From: Ranitomeya imitator
Taxonomy: Eukaryota
Direction of reading: 5' to 3'
Length of the DNA: 64,000 nucleotides
Assembly: GCF_032444005.1 (NCBI RefSeq)
Contig: NC_091283.1
Location: 329,592,001-329,656,000, forward strand
Notes under the pieces: generated by a model
Seen by the model: only the letters and a program-made list of their open reading frames with translations
Database searches by the model: none
What the model was told of the DNA's origin: nothing
Translations under genes and position numbers: made by a program
Shown here: positions 36,801 to 50,494 of the stretch, in pieces
Position numbering within the stretch: position 1 is the first letter of the stretch
How the letters are laid out: the number at the start of each line of letters is the position of its first letter

Positions 36801-38214
36801 TGACGACATGGAAGGTGAGGCAGTTCTTAAAATTAAGGGGATTTTTGGAGGGCTTAATTAACACACTCCTGCAGAGTAGGAAATAATCTACAACAATAAT
36901 TTATAGTAAAGTATGGAGGAAATTCCTAGAATTCCATAGAGGTACAGTACCCTCTCTAGGGAGGTTCCAGTCACACCTATTTTAGAATTCCTGCAGCGAG
37001 GTAGAGAACTGGGACTGTCCATTAGTACTCTAAAGGTCCAGGTATCTGCCTTAGGAGCCCTTTACGGTTATAATGTGGCAGGAGATAGGTGGGTCTCTCG
37101 ATTCATCGGAGCTTGTGAACGAAGTGACCCGGTTCACATTTCTAGAGTTCCTCCCTGGAATCTAAATTTAGTTCTGGAGACCCTGACAGGTTCCCCATTT
37201 GTGTCATTAGAGTCCGTTCCCCTGAAATACATATCATTAAAAACAGCCCTTTTGGTAGCATTGACTTCAGCCAGAAGTGTTAGCGATATACAGGCTCTTT
37301 CCATAGATCCTCTCTTCCTGTTAATATCTCAAGACCAAGATTATACTGAAACCAGATCTATTATACCTAACTAAGGTGGCAGCAGTTTCACAGGTCACAG
37401 GACATCATTCTTCCCTCCTTCTTTAGTAATCCTTCCACTCCAGAGGCAGCGAAGTTTCACAGCCTAGATGTGAGGAGGGCTGTCCTGAAATATATAGATA
37501 GATCTAGGGCCTGGAGAGAGAGTATGGCTCTGTTTGTATCCTTCCAGGACCACAGAAAGGGGTACGGGGTCACGAAGGACACCTTATCTCGTTAGATCAG
37601 GGATGCAATCTACCCGGCAAACTCCGAAAGGGGAACATTCTCCAGAGAGTATAAAGGCGGCATCAGCATGAGTGGTGGCATCCTCTTGGGCTGAGAGGGC
37701 GGACATCGCAATTGAGCTTATATGTAAGGCCGCAACGTGGTCATCTCAATCTACCTTTTTATAACCGCTACAGACTGGATCTTTCATCTTCAGAGCTAGC
37801 CTTTGGGAGAGCTGTCCCCAGCATGGTGGTCCCTCCCAGGTGATGGGTCTCTGATAATCTCTCATGTGGGTGCTGTCGTGGCGAAGAGTAAAAAGTTGGA
37901 TTACTTACCGGTAATGCTCTTTTATTGATTCCATGACAGCACCCACTCACTACCCTCCCTAAGTTAGATATAAGTAGAGCACTTAATGGTGGTTGTATAT
38001 AGGTATTTATAGTAGGGTATTTAAAAAAACAACTTGTATTTTGTCCTAATACTTGGGCGGTTGGTCTGGTACTCTGAAATCCAACTGAGGAGAGGCAGAC
38101 CGCCCCCTTTTATTTCTGTAAGTTTCTTGTTCCTATGGGCGGATCCCTCTTATCTGGTGCTGTCGTGGACTCAATAAAAGGGAATTACCAGTAAGTAATC
38201 GGCTTTTTTTTTAT

Positions 38215-41012
38215 AGTAAAATGTATATTGTTGTTTTATTCTATAAACTACTGACATGTTTCTGAACTTTAAAGCTAAAAATGTTGTATTTGCAGCAAAT
38301 GAGAAATCGACAAAATAATAAAGAAACCGTGCTTTCCGACCTCAAATATTGCAAAGAAAACAAGTTCTTATTCATGTAGAAACAATACTAATGTTTTAAC
38401 TCGGGAAGAGTTCAGAAATCAATATTTGGTTGAATAGCCATGATTTTAACCCCTTCATGACCAGGGGATTTTTCGTTTTTCCGTGTTCGTTTTTCGCTCC
38501 CCTCCTTCCCAGAGCCATAACTTTTTTATTTTTCCGTCAATTTGGCCATGTGAGGGCTTATTTTTTGCGGGACGAGTTGTACTTTTGAACGACATCATTG
38601 GTTTTAACATGTCGTGTACTAGAAAACGGGAAAAAAATTCCAAGTGCGGTGAAATTGCAAAAAAAGTGCAATCCCACATTGGTTTTTTGTTTGGCTTTTT
38701 TGCTAGGTTCACTAAATGCTAAAAATGACCTGCCATTATGATTCTCCAGGTCATTACGAGTTCATAGACACCAAACATGACTAGGTTATTTTTTATCTAA
38801 GTGGTGAAAAAAAATTCCAAACTTTGCTAAAAAAAAAAAAATTGCGCCATTTTCCGATACTCGTAGCGTCTCCATTTTTCGTGATCTGGGGTCGGTTGAG
38901 GGCTTATTTTTTGCGTGCCGAGATGACGTTTTTAATGATAGCATTTCGGTGCAGATACGTTCTTTTGATCGCCCGTTATTGCATTTTAATGCAATGTCGC
39001 GGCGACCAAAAAAACGTAATTCTGGCGTTTCGAGTTTTTTTCCCGCTACGCTGTTTAGCGATCAGGTTAATACTTTTTTTTATTTGATAGATCGGGCAAT
39101 TCTGAGCGCGGCGATACCAAATATGCGTAGATTTGATATTTTTTTATTGATTTATTTTGATTGGGGCGAAAGGGGGGTGATTTAAACTTTTATGTTTTTT
39201 TTATTTTTTTCACATTTTTTTAAACTTTTTTTTTTAACTTTTGCCATGCTTCAATAGCCTCCATGAGAGGCTAGAAGCAGGCACAAGCCGATCGGCTCTG
39301 CTACATAGCAGCGATCTGCTGATCGCTGCTATGTAGCAGAATTGCACGTGTGCTGTGAGCGCCGACCACAGGGTGGCGCTCACAGCGACGGGCAATCAGT
39401 AACCATAGAGGTCTCAAGGACCTCTATGGCTACAATGGAGACGCATCGCCGACCCCCGGACATGTGACGGGGGTCGGCGATGACGTCATTTCCGGCCGCC
39501 CGGCCGGAAGCGGTAGTTAAATGCCGCTGTCTGCGTTTGACAGCGGCATTTAACTAGTTAATAGGTGTGGGCAGATCGCGATTCTGCCCGCGCCTATTAC
39601 GGGCACATGTCAGCTGTTCAAAACAGCTGACATGTCCCGGCTTTGGTGCGGGCTCACCGCGGAGCCCTGCATCAAAGCAGGGGAGCCGGCATCGGACGGT
39701 ATAGTACGTCCGATGCCGGTAAGGGGTTAATCACAGCTTTCATGCATCTTGGTATTCTTTCCACCATTCTTTCACACTGCTTTTGGGTGACCTTATGCCA
39801 CTCCTGGTACAAAAATGTAAGCAGTTCTTCTTTGTATGATAGCTTGTGACTATCCATCTTCCTCTTGATTTACATTCCAGAGGTTTTCAATGGGGTTCAG
39901 GGTTGGAGATTGGGCTGGCCATGACAGGGTCTTGATGTGGTGCTCCTTCATCCACACATTGACTGACCTAGCTGTGTGGCATGGTGCATTATCCTGCTGG
40001 AAAAAAACAGTCCTCAGAGATGGGGAACATTGCCTGAGCAGAAGGAAGCAAGTGTTTTTCAACAATAACCTTGTATGCGGCTTGATTCATACATCCTTTG
40101 CAAAGATTAGCCTGCCCAATTCCAGCCTTGCTGAAGCATCCCCAGAACATCACTGATCCACCACCAAATTTCACAGTGGGTGCAAGACACCGTGGCTTGT
40201 ACCCCTCTCCAGGTCTCCGTCTAACCACTTGATGACTAGGTGTTGGGCAAAGCTGAAAATTAGACTCATCAGAGAAGATTACCTTCCTCCAGTCCTCTAT
40301 GGTCCAATCCTTATGGTCTTTCGCAAACTTCAGCCTGGCTCTCCTTTTGCTTCTCATTGATGAAAGGCTATTTTTCTAGATGTACATGACTTGAGGCCTG
40401 CCTCTAGGAGCCTGTTATGAACTGTTCTTGCCGTGCACTTCACCCCAGCTGCCATTTGCCATTCCTTTTGTAGGTCACTTGATGTCATTCTGCGGTTGCT
40501 GAGTGACCTTCAAATAAGATAAGTCAGCCCAGTCACTGGAGAGTCGCTTTCGCCCTCTGCCGGTCTGTAGCTTTGTTGTCCCCAATGTCTGCTGCTTGAC
40601 CTTATTGTAATCGACTGCCATTTTAGAAATGTTAAGGATGAAGGCAACATGAGGCTCACAGTATCCCTCTGCTAGTAAAGCCAGAATTGAGCCCTTCTTT
40701 TCCTCACTCAAGGCTTTTCTTTTCAACTCCTATGAAATGGTTAAAAGTTATTTTTCATTCAAATAATTTTGGGCTATACCTAGCACTTGTTTGGCCATCC
40801 AGCTTGTTCTATTGCAAGAGGATTGTGAAGACCACAGCAGTGTTTTTTTCTTTTCATTAAATAATATTTGGTTCAGGTGATCACCTAAAGTTGAATGAGG
40901 TGTACTCTGGTTGGAATTCAACTGACGCTGGGAATGGAATGGCTGTCAGACATGTAGAGATGGTGATTTTTTAGAAAACTGTGCAGTGGTTTCTTAATTT
41001 TTGCCAGAGCTG
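38215..41012 (-). mobile_element. Decayed Tc1-like DNA transposon, interrupted by a piggyBac-like element
   Basis: Transposase fragments [35 protein letters not shown] and [15 protein letters not shown]; TIR cagctctggcaaaaattaag (minus strand) plus TA at 41013. A matching copy at 63371 shows the uninterrupted ttttaa|tcacagc junction. Confidence 0.88.
38450..39726. mobile_element. piggyBac-like non-autonomous element
   Basis: TTAA duplication (38446-38449, 39727-39730) with CCCCTT / AAGGGG termini; no ORF. Confidence 0.85.
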
Positions 41013-41014
41013 TA

Positions 41015-41709
41015 TATGACACTCACTACGGTGATTTATCTTTTTGAATTTCTTTAGATACCTGTATTTCTTTTGATCTTTCAGATCATTTCTATATCTA
41101 GCCTGGTTCTTGCCTTGGACTTTGGTCCTGGGAACTTTTCTTTGGTATTCTCCATGGTGCTGTTAGTAGGGACGTAATGGAAAAAAGGCATTAGACCTAC
41201 CGGTAATCCTGTTTCCAGAAGTCTCTTAGGACAGCACCAATATTTCCCTCCTTTATGTTTGTCTTTAGACTTAAACAAGATCAATCTTCCGGTAGATTGT
41301 TCATCCATCAAGTCGCCTTGGCTCAAGATTGAGATGGAGCCGTTAAAGGGTTTCTTACATATGCATTTGTAAGGGCATATTATTTATTTATATAGCACCA
41401 TTAGTTCCATGGTGCTGTACATGAGAAGGGGTTACGTACAAAGTTATATATATCATTTACAGTAAACAAATTTATGATGACAGACTAGTACAGAGGGGAG
41501 AGGACCCTGTCCTTGTAGACTTATATTCTACGTTTAGACTTTTTCCATCCTTCCTTCTATTCTACTTTGAAAAAACACTGGAGGATGGAGAAGGGAGGGT
41601 CCTTTCAACCTCTCTGTGATCCTGTCCCGCTATAGGTCAAGGAAGGACTACCTCCATGGTGCTGTCCTGAGGGACTTCTGGAAACCGAATTACCAGTTGG
41701 TCGAATTCC
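41015..41709 (+). mobile_element. 3' part of DIRS-D (ICR ~41148-41240, right ITR ~41570-41709), with a short L2 tail inserted
   Basis: ICR gggacgtaatggaaaa|ggcattagacctaccggtaat is complementary to 24748 and to the right terminus. Confidence 0.75.
41388..41530 (-). mobile_element. L2 LINE 3' tail fragment
   Basis: ttatttatttatatagcaccattagttccatggtgctgtac and gaggaccctg resemble the L2 tails at 49694 and 53007. Confidence 0.65.
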
Positions 41710-42269
41710 CTTTTTTTTTAATTAGATAATTTTTATTAAAATTGCACAAAGTTTTTACAAAGAGACATCAGTAGAACAAAGATCTTTTCAATGTTACATG
41801 GCATCATTATTGTATTTTATGTATAACAATAATGTATAAAGTTGTCACCTTCTTCCAAGGATTCAAATTTTTTATTTATTTATTTATTTATTTTTTTTTC
41901 ATTTAATCTAATATAACCCCCCTTCCCCGATAACACTCCAAAGAAATCTGTATTCATATTATTATTTTTTATGATGTGTATACTTTACAATATCTGCCAT
42001 TCAGTTAGAATAATTAGTTTACATGTGTACTGGCCCTGCTTATATCATTTAACCTGGATTTATCATACCATAAGTGTTCCTGAAGCCAGAAATTGCATTA
42101 TGTTATTTCCCTGGAGTACTCCAGATGGTAGGCCAGGAACATTCAACCAGGATCCCCTGATGTTGTCAAATTTCCAACCAAATAATATTGTTTAGCTTAC
42201 TTATTAACTCATTAACTGGGGGCGGGGCATCGGGGGACGCGGCGGAAGCCGGAGTGTGGGTGTGTGGTG

Positions 42270-42494
42270 TTTGGTTTTTTTTACATTTACACTGGTAACC
42301 AGGGTAGGCGTCGGGTTGCTAAGCGTGGCCCTGCGCTTGGTGGCCCGATGTTTACTCTGGTTGCCCGGGGACTTCGGCATCGTTGGTTGCTGGAGAGCTG
42401 TCTGTGTGACAGCTCTCTAGCGACCACACAGCGACGCTGCAGCGATCGGCATCGTTGTCTACATCGCTGCAGCGTCGCTAAATGTGACGGTACC
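42270..42494. mobile_element. Right half of a Harbinger-like MITE (family of 16306-17031)
   Basis: Shares ggtaaccagggta..cgggtt..ctaagcg and gcgacgctgcagcgat; ends gtgacggtacct|taa. Confidence 0.7.
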
Positions 42495-42867
42495 TTAAGA
42501 CAAACGTCCCATCTTTGTTCAATATAAAGAGCATTCTTGGTACACCCAGAAGTGCAGTTTATTAGTCGCCATGACATGCAAATGGCGTGTTACAGATGTT
42601 ACATCCAATAAGATGCACTGTACCTTTATAAGAGGGTACCTGGTAAGAATGGCACTATCCACTGCTGGATCCAGACACTCTATCTGTAAGATAGGGTCAT
42701 TAACAGCAGATTGGTGGATGTCCAAAACCGGCGTCCTTACCGACCAGCTGTTTTCATTCTGCTGGCAGCTGGATGTAAGCAGTGAACAGAGGCGGTATAA
42801 CCCTGCTCCCATCACTGTGTAGTGGCTGTTGCTGAGAACTATGGCTCAGCTCAGTGGGGGTGTCTAG

Positions 42868-43133
42868 TAGTGATGAGCGGGCGTGGTCTGATGGGGTGTT
42901 GTCTGGGCGTGCTCGTGCGCTGGCCCAGTGTCTTCGTCGTGCTCGAAAAGTATGTTTGAGTCCCCGCGGCTGCATGTCTCGCGGCTGTTCGACAGCCACA
43001 ACACATGCAGGGATTGCTTGTTTGTTAGGCAATCCCTGCTCTCGAACATATTTTTTGAGCACGTTGAGGGCGCTCTGTTGGCGCGGGAGCGTGCTCGGAT
43101 GGCACCTTGTCCGAGCACATTCGCTCATCGCTA
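42868..43133. mobile_element. hAT-like MITE
   Basis: TIRs tagtgatgagcg / cgctcatcgcta; 8-bp flanks gtgtctag / gtgcctaa (6 of 8 match). Confidence 0.65.
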
Positions 43134-43701
43134 GTGCCTAACAGTCGAAAATATAAGAGATCAGCAAAAAGTGCTGCCGCTGATCTGATCAAAGTTTACA
43201 TTTTTATCAGTACTTTTCTTATTCCTAGACTCTGGTGCTGCTCTTCTCCAGCCACACCAGTCCACCCCTCCCTGCGGCTCCCGGATTTGTTATAAAATAC
43301 TTACAAAATGCCATCATGTGCTGTCATCGAAATTGTGTTTGTTCATTGAAAATAGTTTTTGGCCTCAGCGCAATGATGTCAGGAACTCCCAGAAATCCAA
43401 GCCAACTAAATATCATTGTCTCCAGCCCTGCATGACGTCCTAAATCTTTGGAATATTTTGTAATTATCTAGGCATACTTACGTGCAGATGGAAAGTGACT
43501 CATCCTGACCTTTCGATGCCTTATTATTCCATTCCATCATGCAGCGGTGTGGCCCGCTCTGCGCTTCTGATGTAGACGAGACAATGGAAGTGCTATTTAA
43601 GAGGTCCATGTATTCATGCCGCCTTGTCAAACACCTGCTCTCATTTGCTGACTACATATCAGTACATTATAGAGGAAAGATACAAGACCATTAACCCTTA
43701 A

Positions 43702-44343
43702 AGGGGATCTGTCACCAGCTTTTCATTACTTTGTCTGAGTACAGGATGATTGCAGTGATGTGTCACTTTCTGGGCTGATTGCTGCGGATGTAATAAAATG
43801 ACTTTTTCCATCTGATGCAGATCTGTCTGTGCTCTGAATGCTGAGCTCTGTGTGACCCTGCCCACACTGCTGATTGGCAGCTTTCTGTGTACACTGTATA
43901 TTAACAGAGAGTTGCCAATTAGTGGTTGACAAAGGATTACACAGAGCAGTTGACTAGCAGGCACGAGACACCTAGTTCTGCAGTGATAATCTCCTGCTGA
44001 GAAAACACTTATTTAATTGAAACAGCAGCACACATAACAATACGTGTCATGCCATTGGAATCAATACTATTTCTACTATCTGGGATATATGAATAACTCT
44101 CCTGCGCTGCTGTGCATAGGCATCAGTGGTGGGAGTGGGGTGTAGCAGAGCACATGACTATGGAGGACTACATAGTAGCAGGTTTACTAGTTCTCTAGTG
44201 ATAATCTCCTGCTGACAGAGCAGTGATTTTGTAAAAACTGCATCAAGCAGCCCAGTAGGTGACACATCACTGCAATAAGGATATCTGCCTCTTCATTATG
44301 CTTCTCTCCGATGAGGTGGTGGAAATGTGGTGACAGATTCCCT
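43702..44343. mobile_element. Kolobok/T2-like MITE
   Basis: TIRs aggggatctgtcacca / tggtgacagattccct; TTAA TSD on both sides; AGG termini. Confidence 0.85.
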
Positions 44344-44347
44344 TTAA

Positions 44348-46210
44348 CCCCTTCACCTCAAGCCTATTTTCACCTTCCTGACCAGGCCAAATGTTTCAAT
44401 TCTGACACTTTATTAGGTTATAACTCTAGAAAGCTCAGCATATCCCAGTGATTCTGAGTTTGTTTTTTCTAGACATGTTGCACTTCATGTTATTGGTAAA
44501 TTATGGTCGATATGATTTACAGTTACTTATGAAAATATTGAATATTTGACAAAAAATTTGAAAATGTTGAAATTTTTACATCTTTAAACCAGATAGTAAT
44601 ATTTCCAAAACCAATATTTTTAGGGACATCACATTTGAAGTGACTTTAAAGGGTCTCTGTGACAGAAAATACCAAAAAGTGATAACATTTTAAACAGTAC
44701 ACATTACAAAGTGCTCAAAAACATTTTCAAGAAGTTTATTATCCCTTTTATGGGGTTCACCAGAATTAAAGCAATATGGAAGGAAAAAATTAAAATTTTA
44801 CTTTTCCCCACAAAAATATTGCTTTTGCCCCACATTTTGCATTTTCAAAATGGTTACAGGAGAAAATGGACCATACAAATTGCTGTACAATTTCTCCTAA
44901 GTACACCAATACCCCACATGTGGTACAAAATTACTGTTTGAGCGCATAGCAAGGCTCGAAAGGGAAGGAGCGCTATTTGACTTTTGGCGCGCAAAATTGT
45001 CTGGCATAGATAGCAGACACCATTTCGCTTTTGCAGAGCCCCTAATGTGCCTAAACAGTGGAAACTCTGCACAAGTGACCGCATTTTGGAAACTACACAC
45101 CTCAAGGCACTTATCTAGATGTCTGGTGAGCACCTTGAACCCACAGGTGCTTCACAGAATTTTATAACGTTGAGCTGTGAAAATGAAAAAATAAAATTTT
45201 CATAGAAAAATGTTGCTTCAGCCCCAAATATTTCATTTCCACAAGGGTAGCAGGATAAAATGGACAGTACCATTTGTTGTGCACTTTCTACTGAGTACAC
45301 TGATACTGATTGGGTGCACCACTGTGCTTGAAAGGGAAGGAGCGCCATTTGACTTTTGGAGCGCAAAATTGGCTGGAATAGATAGCCGACTCCATGTCAC
45401 GTTTGCAGAGCCTTAATGTGCCCAAATAGTAGAAACATTCCCACAAATGACCCCATTTTGGAAACTTCACTCCTCAAAGCTCTTAGCTAGAGGTGTGGTG
45501 AGCACCTTGAACAAACGGGTGCTTCAAAGAATTTTATATCACTTAGCTGTGAAAATTAAAAACTAAATTTTTCCTGAAAAAATGTTGTTTCAGCCCCAAA
45601 TATTTAATTTCCACATGGGTAACAGGAGAAAATGACCATACAATTTGTTGTGCGATATCTCCTGAATACACCGATACCCCATATGTGGTGGACAGCTACT
45701 GTTTGGGTGCATGGCAAGGCTGGGAAGGGAATGAACACCAATTGACTTTTAAAGTGCAAAATTGGCTAAAATAGATAGCGGACGTCATGTTGCACTTGCA
45801 GAGCCTCTGGTGTGCCTAAAGAGTGGAAATCCCTCACAAGTGACCCCATTTTGGAAAAGGAATTTATCTAGATGTGTGGTGAGCACCTTGAACCGTCAGG
45901 TGTTTCACAGAACTTTGTAACGCTGAGTCATGAAAATGAAAAAAATCATTTTTTTCCTACAAAAATGTTGCTTTAGCCCCACATTTTTCTTTTTGACTAG
46001 GGTGACCGGAGAAAATGGACCCCAAAATCTGTGCTATTTCTGATGAGTACGCTGATATCACATATGTGGTGGAAAACTACTGGTTGGGCCCACAACAGGG
46101 CTCGGAAGGAAAGGAGTGCCAATTGAAATCTAGCGCACAATTTTGGCTGGAATAAATTGCGTATGCCATGTCACATTTGAAGAGCCCCTGACATGCCAAA
46201 ACAGCAAAAA
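44348..46210. mobile_element. Truncated piggyBac-like non-autonomous element with ~380-bp internal tandem repeats
   Basis: Begins ttaa|ccccttc; anchor cacaa(g/a)tgacc.cattttggaaa recurs at about 45070, 45442 and 45835; no right terminus before the CR1. Confidence 0.6.
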
Positions 46211-46214
46211 AATA

Positions 46215-48152
46215 AAACACAACTACATAAATAGTAAGAAACTAAAAAATGATAGTGTTGGCCCCCTTAAAAATAGTCTGGGTGAAATGGTGGATGAGGA
46301 TCAGGATGAGAAAAGAGCCAATATGCTAAATGACTTTTTTTCATCAGTATTTACACAAGAAAATCCCATGGCAGACAAAATGACTAGTGATAAAAATTCC
46401 CCATTAAATGTCACCTGCTTAACCCAGCAGGAAGTGCGGCGGCATCTAAAAATCACTAAAATTGACAAATCTCCGGGCCCGGATGGGATACACCCTCGAG
46501 TACTGCAGGAATTAAGTACAGTCATTGATGGACCATTATTTTTAATCTTTAAAGACTCCATAATAACAGGGTCTGTACCACAGGACTGGCGTATAGCAAA
46601 TGTGGTGCCAATATTCAAAAGGGGGACAAAAACTGAACTCGGAAATTATAGGCCAGTAAGCTTAACCTCTACTGTGGGTAAAATCCTGGAGGGCATTCTA
46701 AGGGATGCTATACTGGAGTATCTGAAGAAGAATAACCTCATGACCCAGTATCAGCACGGGTTTAGTAGGGACCGTTCATGTCAGACTAATTTGATCAGTT
46801 TCTATGAAGAGGTAAGTTCCGGACTGGACCAAAGGAACCCAGTAGATGTAGTGTATATGGACTTTTCAAAAGCTTTTGATATGGTGCCACACAAAAGGTT
46901 GATACATAAAATGAGAATAATGGGGATAGGGGAAAATATGTGTAAGTGGGTTGAGAGCTGGCTCAGGGATAGGAAACAAAGGGTGGTTATTAATGGAACA
47001 CACTCGGACTGGGTAGCGGTTAGCAGTGGGGTACCACAGGGGTCAGTATTGGGCCCTCTTCTTTTTAACATATTTATTAATGACCTTGTAGGGGGCATTC
47101 AGAGTAGAATTTCAATATTTGCAGATGACACTAAACTCTGCAGGGTAATCAATACAGAGGAGGACAATTTTATATTACAGGATGATTTATGTAAACTAGA
47201 AGCTTGGGCTGATAAATGGCAAATGAGCTTTAATGGGGATAAATGTAAGGTCATGCACTTGGGTAGAAGTAATAAGATGTATAATTATGTGCTTAATTCT
47301 AAAACTCTGGGCAAAACCGTCAATGAAAAAGACCTGGGTGGATGACAAACTCATATTCAGTGGCCAGTGTCAGGCAGCTGCTACAAAGGCAAATAAAATA
47401 ATGGGATGCATTAAAAGAGGCATAGATGCTCATGAGGAGAACATAATTTTACCTCTATACAAGTCACTTGTTCGACCACACTTAGAATACTGTGCACAGT
47501 TCTGGTCTCCGGTGTATAAGAAAGACATAGCTGAACTGGAGCGGGTGCAGAGAAGAGCGACCAAGGTTATTAGAGGACTGGCGGGTCTGCAATACCAAGA
47601 TAGGTTATTACACTTGGGGCTATTTAGTTTGGAAAAAAAGAAGACTAAGGGGTGATCTTATGTTAATGTATAAATATATGAGGGGACAGTACAAAGACCT
47701 TTCTGATGATCTTTTTAATCATAGACCTGAAACAGGGACAAGGGGGCATCCTCTACGTTTGGAGGAAAAAAGGTTTAAGCACAATAACAGATGCAGATTC
47801 TTTACTGTAAGAGCAGTGAGACTATGGAACTCTCTGCCGTATGATGTTGTAATGAGTGATTCATTACTTAAATTTAAGAGGGGACTGGATACATTTCTGG
47901 AAAAGTATAATGTTACAGGGTATATACACTAGATTCCTTGATAGGGCGTTGATCCAGGGAACTAGTCTGATTGTCGTATGTGGAGTCGGGAAGGAATTTT
48001 TTCCCGCAATGTGGAGCTTACTCTTTGCCACATGGGTTTTTTTTGCCTTCCTCTGGATCAACATGTTAGGGCATGTTAGGTTAGGCTATGGGTTGAACGA
48101 GATGGACTTAAAGTCTTCTTTCAACCTTAATAACTATGTAACTATGTAACTG
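46215..48152 (+). mobile_element. CR1 LINE, 5'-truncated (RT region plus 3'UTR)
   Basis: [39 protein letters not shown] and IFADDTKL motifs; frameshift near 47340; (taactatg)n tail. Confidence 0.95.
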
Positions 48153-48154
48153 TT

Positions 48155-49340
48155 GGTGGTTGAGCATCTAGCCAATCTTGTGCAATAAGTTTGCGAGCTT
48201 GATACAATGTTCGTGAAAGAGATATAGCCATCAGGGATTCAAAGCTTCCATAATAAGCCTCACATCTGCTTCCTATTTTAATATAGCTGTCAGGGGATGG
48301 TTTCCCATGCGAGACTATGAGAGTTAAACCAGTCATGTATTTTGCTGCCGTAACTGAGTCTAGTAAATATTTTTTTTTGTAAATCCGGGCCGCAGCGCTA
48401 AGTTGAGTCAGATATACATGCCTAAGTTGTAGGTATCGAAAGAAGAGGCCGTGAGGCAATCCAAACTCTTGTTATAGTTTGTTAAAGCTTTTAAATTTTC
48501 TGTTAACTGATCTAAAGTCTGAATTCTCCTTTATTCCCAACTTCTGAAACCAGTAAATTTATCAAACTCCACCAGTCGCTGATTTTGCAATAATGGGGTA
48601 ACATTAAAGTATTCCCTAATCCCGAACAGTCTCTTTCTCTGTCCCACACCTTGTACATCATTGCTAAGGTCGGTCTCTCCATCTGTACTTAGTGCCCACC
48701 TCCTGCAAGTATATGGGTGACGCACACATTTTTTGTCTTGAAGGACATGACAACCATTCTTGCGTAGACTCTTTTTCCCACCCATGAAAATGTTGTATCT
48801 GCAAAGCCATGAAATAGATCCATGGATCTGGATTCTTCAAACCTCCCTCAGTTTTGTCCCTTTGAAGTGACACCAGTTTTATCCTTGCATTTCGCTTGCA
48901 CCATATCAGTTCTTTGAGCAATGACTGCACCTTTTGGAATACGGGAATAGGGATCCACCATAGGGAATTGTGAAGAAAATTCATCAATTGTGACATCAAA
49001 ATCAGTTTAATGAGATTCCCCCAACCTATTACAGACAGAGAAAATTTGCACCACACATTTATTTTAGATCCAAATCTCTCTAGTAAGGGGTTAATGTTTA
49101 ACACTAAATAGTCTTTCATATTAGACCTGACTACCACACCGATATATTTAATCTGTTCCACCACTTGTGTCCGAGCTGGTGCAATTGTTTCCATATGTGG
49201 GAGCGGGTCAGTGGTTATATAGATGACTTATCCCAATGGATGTTTAGTCCTGATCTCGTAAACTCCTTTTATATCTGTCATTATTGGCCCACAGATGACT
49301 CTATATCGCCCACATATAGTAGCGTCATCAGCACACTCAC
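48155..49340 (-). mobile_element. Old, fragmented L1 ORF2 3' half
   Basis: ADD RT motif at about 49330; IKYIGV, LSVIGWGNLIK, EGGLKNPD, FFRYLQLRH and ARKLIAQDW fragments. Confidence 0.75.
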
Positions 49341-49693
49341 CTTCTCTATGATGTTACTACACGTAAAACCAATGAAGTCCTTGGAATCTCTCATTTTACC
49401 TGCCTGCGGCTTGTTGCTAATGCAAATAGGAGAGGTGAGAGCAGGCGCCCCTGTTGTTCATCTCTTGCTTCCCTACCTCTTTACACCCGCTGAGGAATAA
49501 TGATGAGGACAGAACAACCACTAATAGATCAATCTGTCCCCATACAGTATCATGCTATCAGTAGCATATCTGCAGTTTACACCGGCGATGTGCTGCTGAG
49601 AACAAGGTTCCTGTTCCGGCATAAACAATCTAATCACTCAATGAATAGCCAGTATTTTGCTTGTTTAGTATAATACACAACATAGCCCTCCAT

Positions 49694-50470
49694 ATAATAA
49701 TAATAATCTTTATTTATATAGCGCCAACATATTCCGCAGCGCTTTACAGTTTAACAGTTTCAAACACAAGTCATCGGTAACAACGTTAACAATACAATAA
49801 TTAAAGTGAAATAAGACGACCCTGCTCGTGAGAGCTTACAATCTACAATGAGGTGGGGAAATACAAAATACAGATGTGTATTTACAATGATGGTCCAGCC
49901 ACCTTCAGGGAGTGGAGGATAAATGGAAGTAGTGAATGGGCTACACACAAACAAAATAACTGATTAGGGAACATGATAGGCCGCTCTGAACAAATGTGTT
50001 TTGAGGGAGCGCCTAAAACTATGCAAATTGTGGATGATCCTAATTTCTTGGGGTAGAGCATTCCAGAGGATTGGCGCAGCACGGGATAAGTCTTGTAGTC
50101 GGGAGTGGGAGGTACGGATTAGTGCAGAGGTTAGTCGAAAGTCCTTTGCAGAGCACAGAGGTCGGTTAGGCCGATAGACAGAAATGAGGGAGGAGATGTA
50201 AGGGGGTGCTGAACAGTGGAGAGCTTTGTGGGTGAGAAAAAGTACTTTGAATTGTATCCTGTAATGAATGGGCCGCCAGTGTAATGACTGGCGAAGAGCA
50301 GACGTGTTTGAGTAACGATTAGCTAGATAGACGACCCTGGCTGCTGCATTAAGGATAGACTGGAGGGGGGAAAGTCGAGTGAGGGGGAGGCCAATTAATA
50401 GAGCGTTGCAGTAGACCAGGTGGGAGTGGATCAGGGTGACAGTGAGGGTTTTTGTTGTTTCTATGGTGAG
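49694..50470 (-). mobile_element. L2 LINE 3' fragment
   Basis: LQSILNAAARVV, LHWRPIHYRIQFK and FRRSLKTHLF motifs; stem-loop tail plus (TAA)n. Confidence 0.92.
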
Positions 50471-50494
50471 AAAAGGGCAGATTCTAGAGATATA

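Larger units (their letters stand above)
27716..38203 (+). mobile_element. DIRS-type element (DIRS-C), 5'-truncated and split by a Gypsy insertion (own sequence 27716-27879 and 34771-38203)
   Basis: ORF1 text RALWLKSWKGDTQSITKLC continues after the Gypsy as AIPCQGE; RT (IIPYLDDFL), RNase H, YR (WNLNLVL, KTALLVALTSAR); ICR ~37860-37945; right ITR ~38095-38203. Confidence 0.88.
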
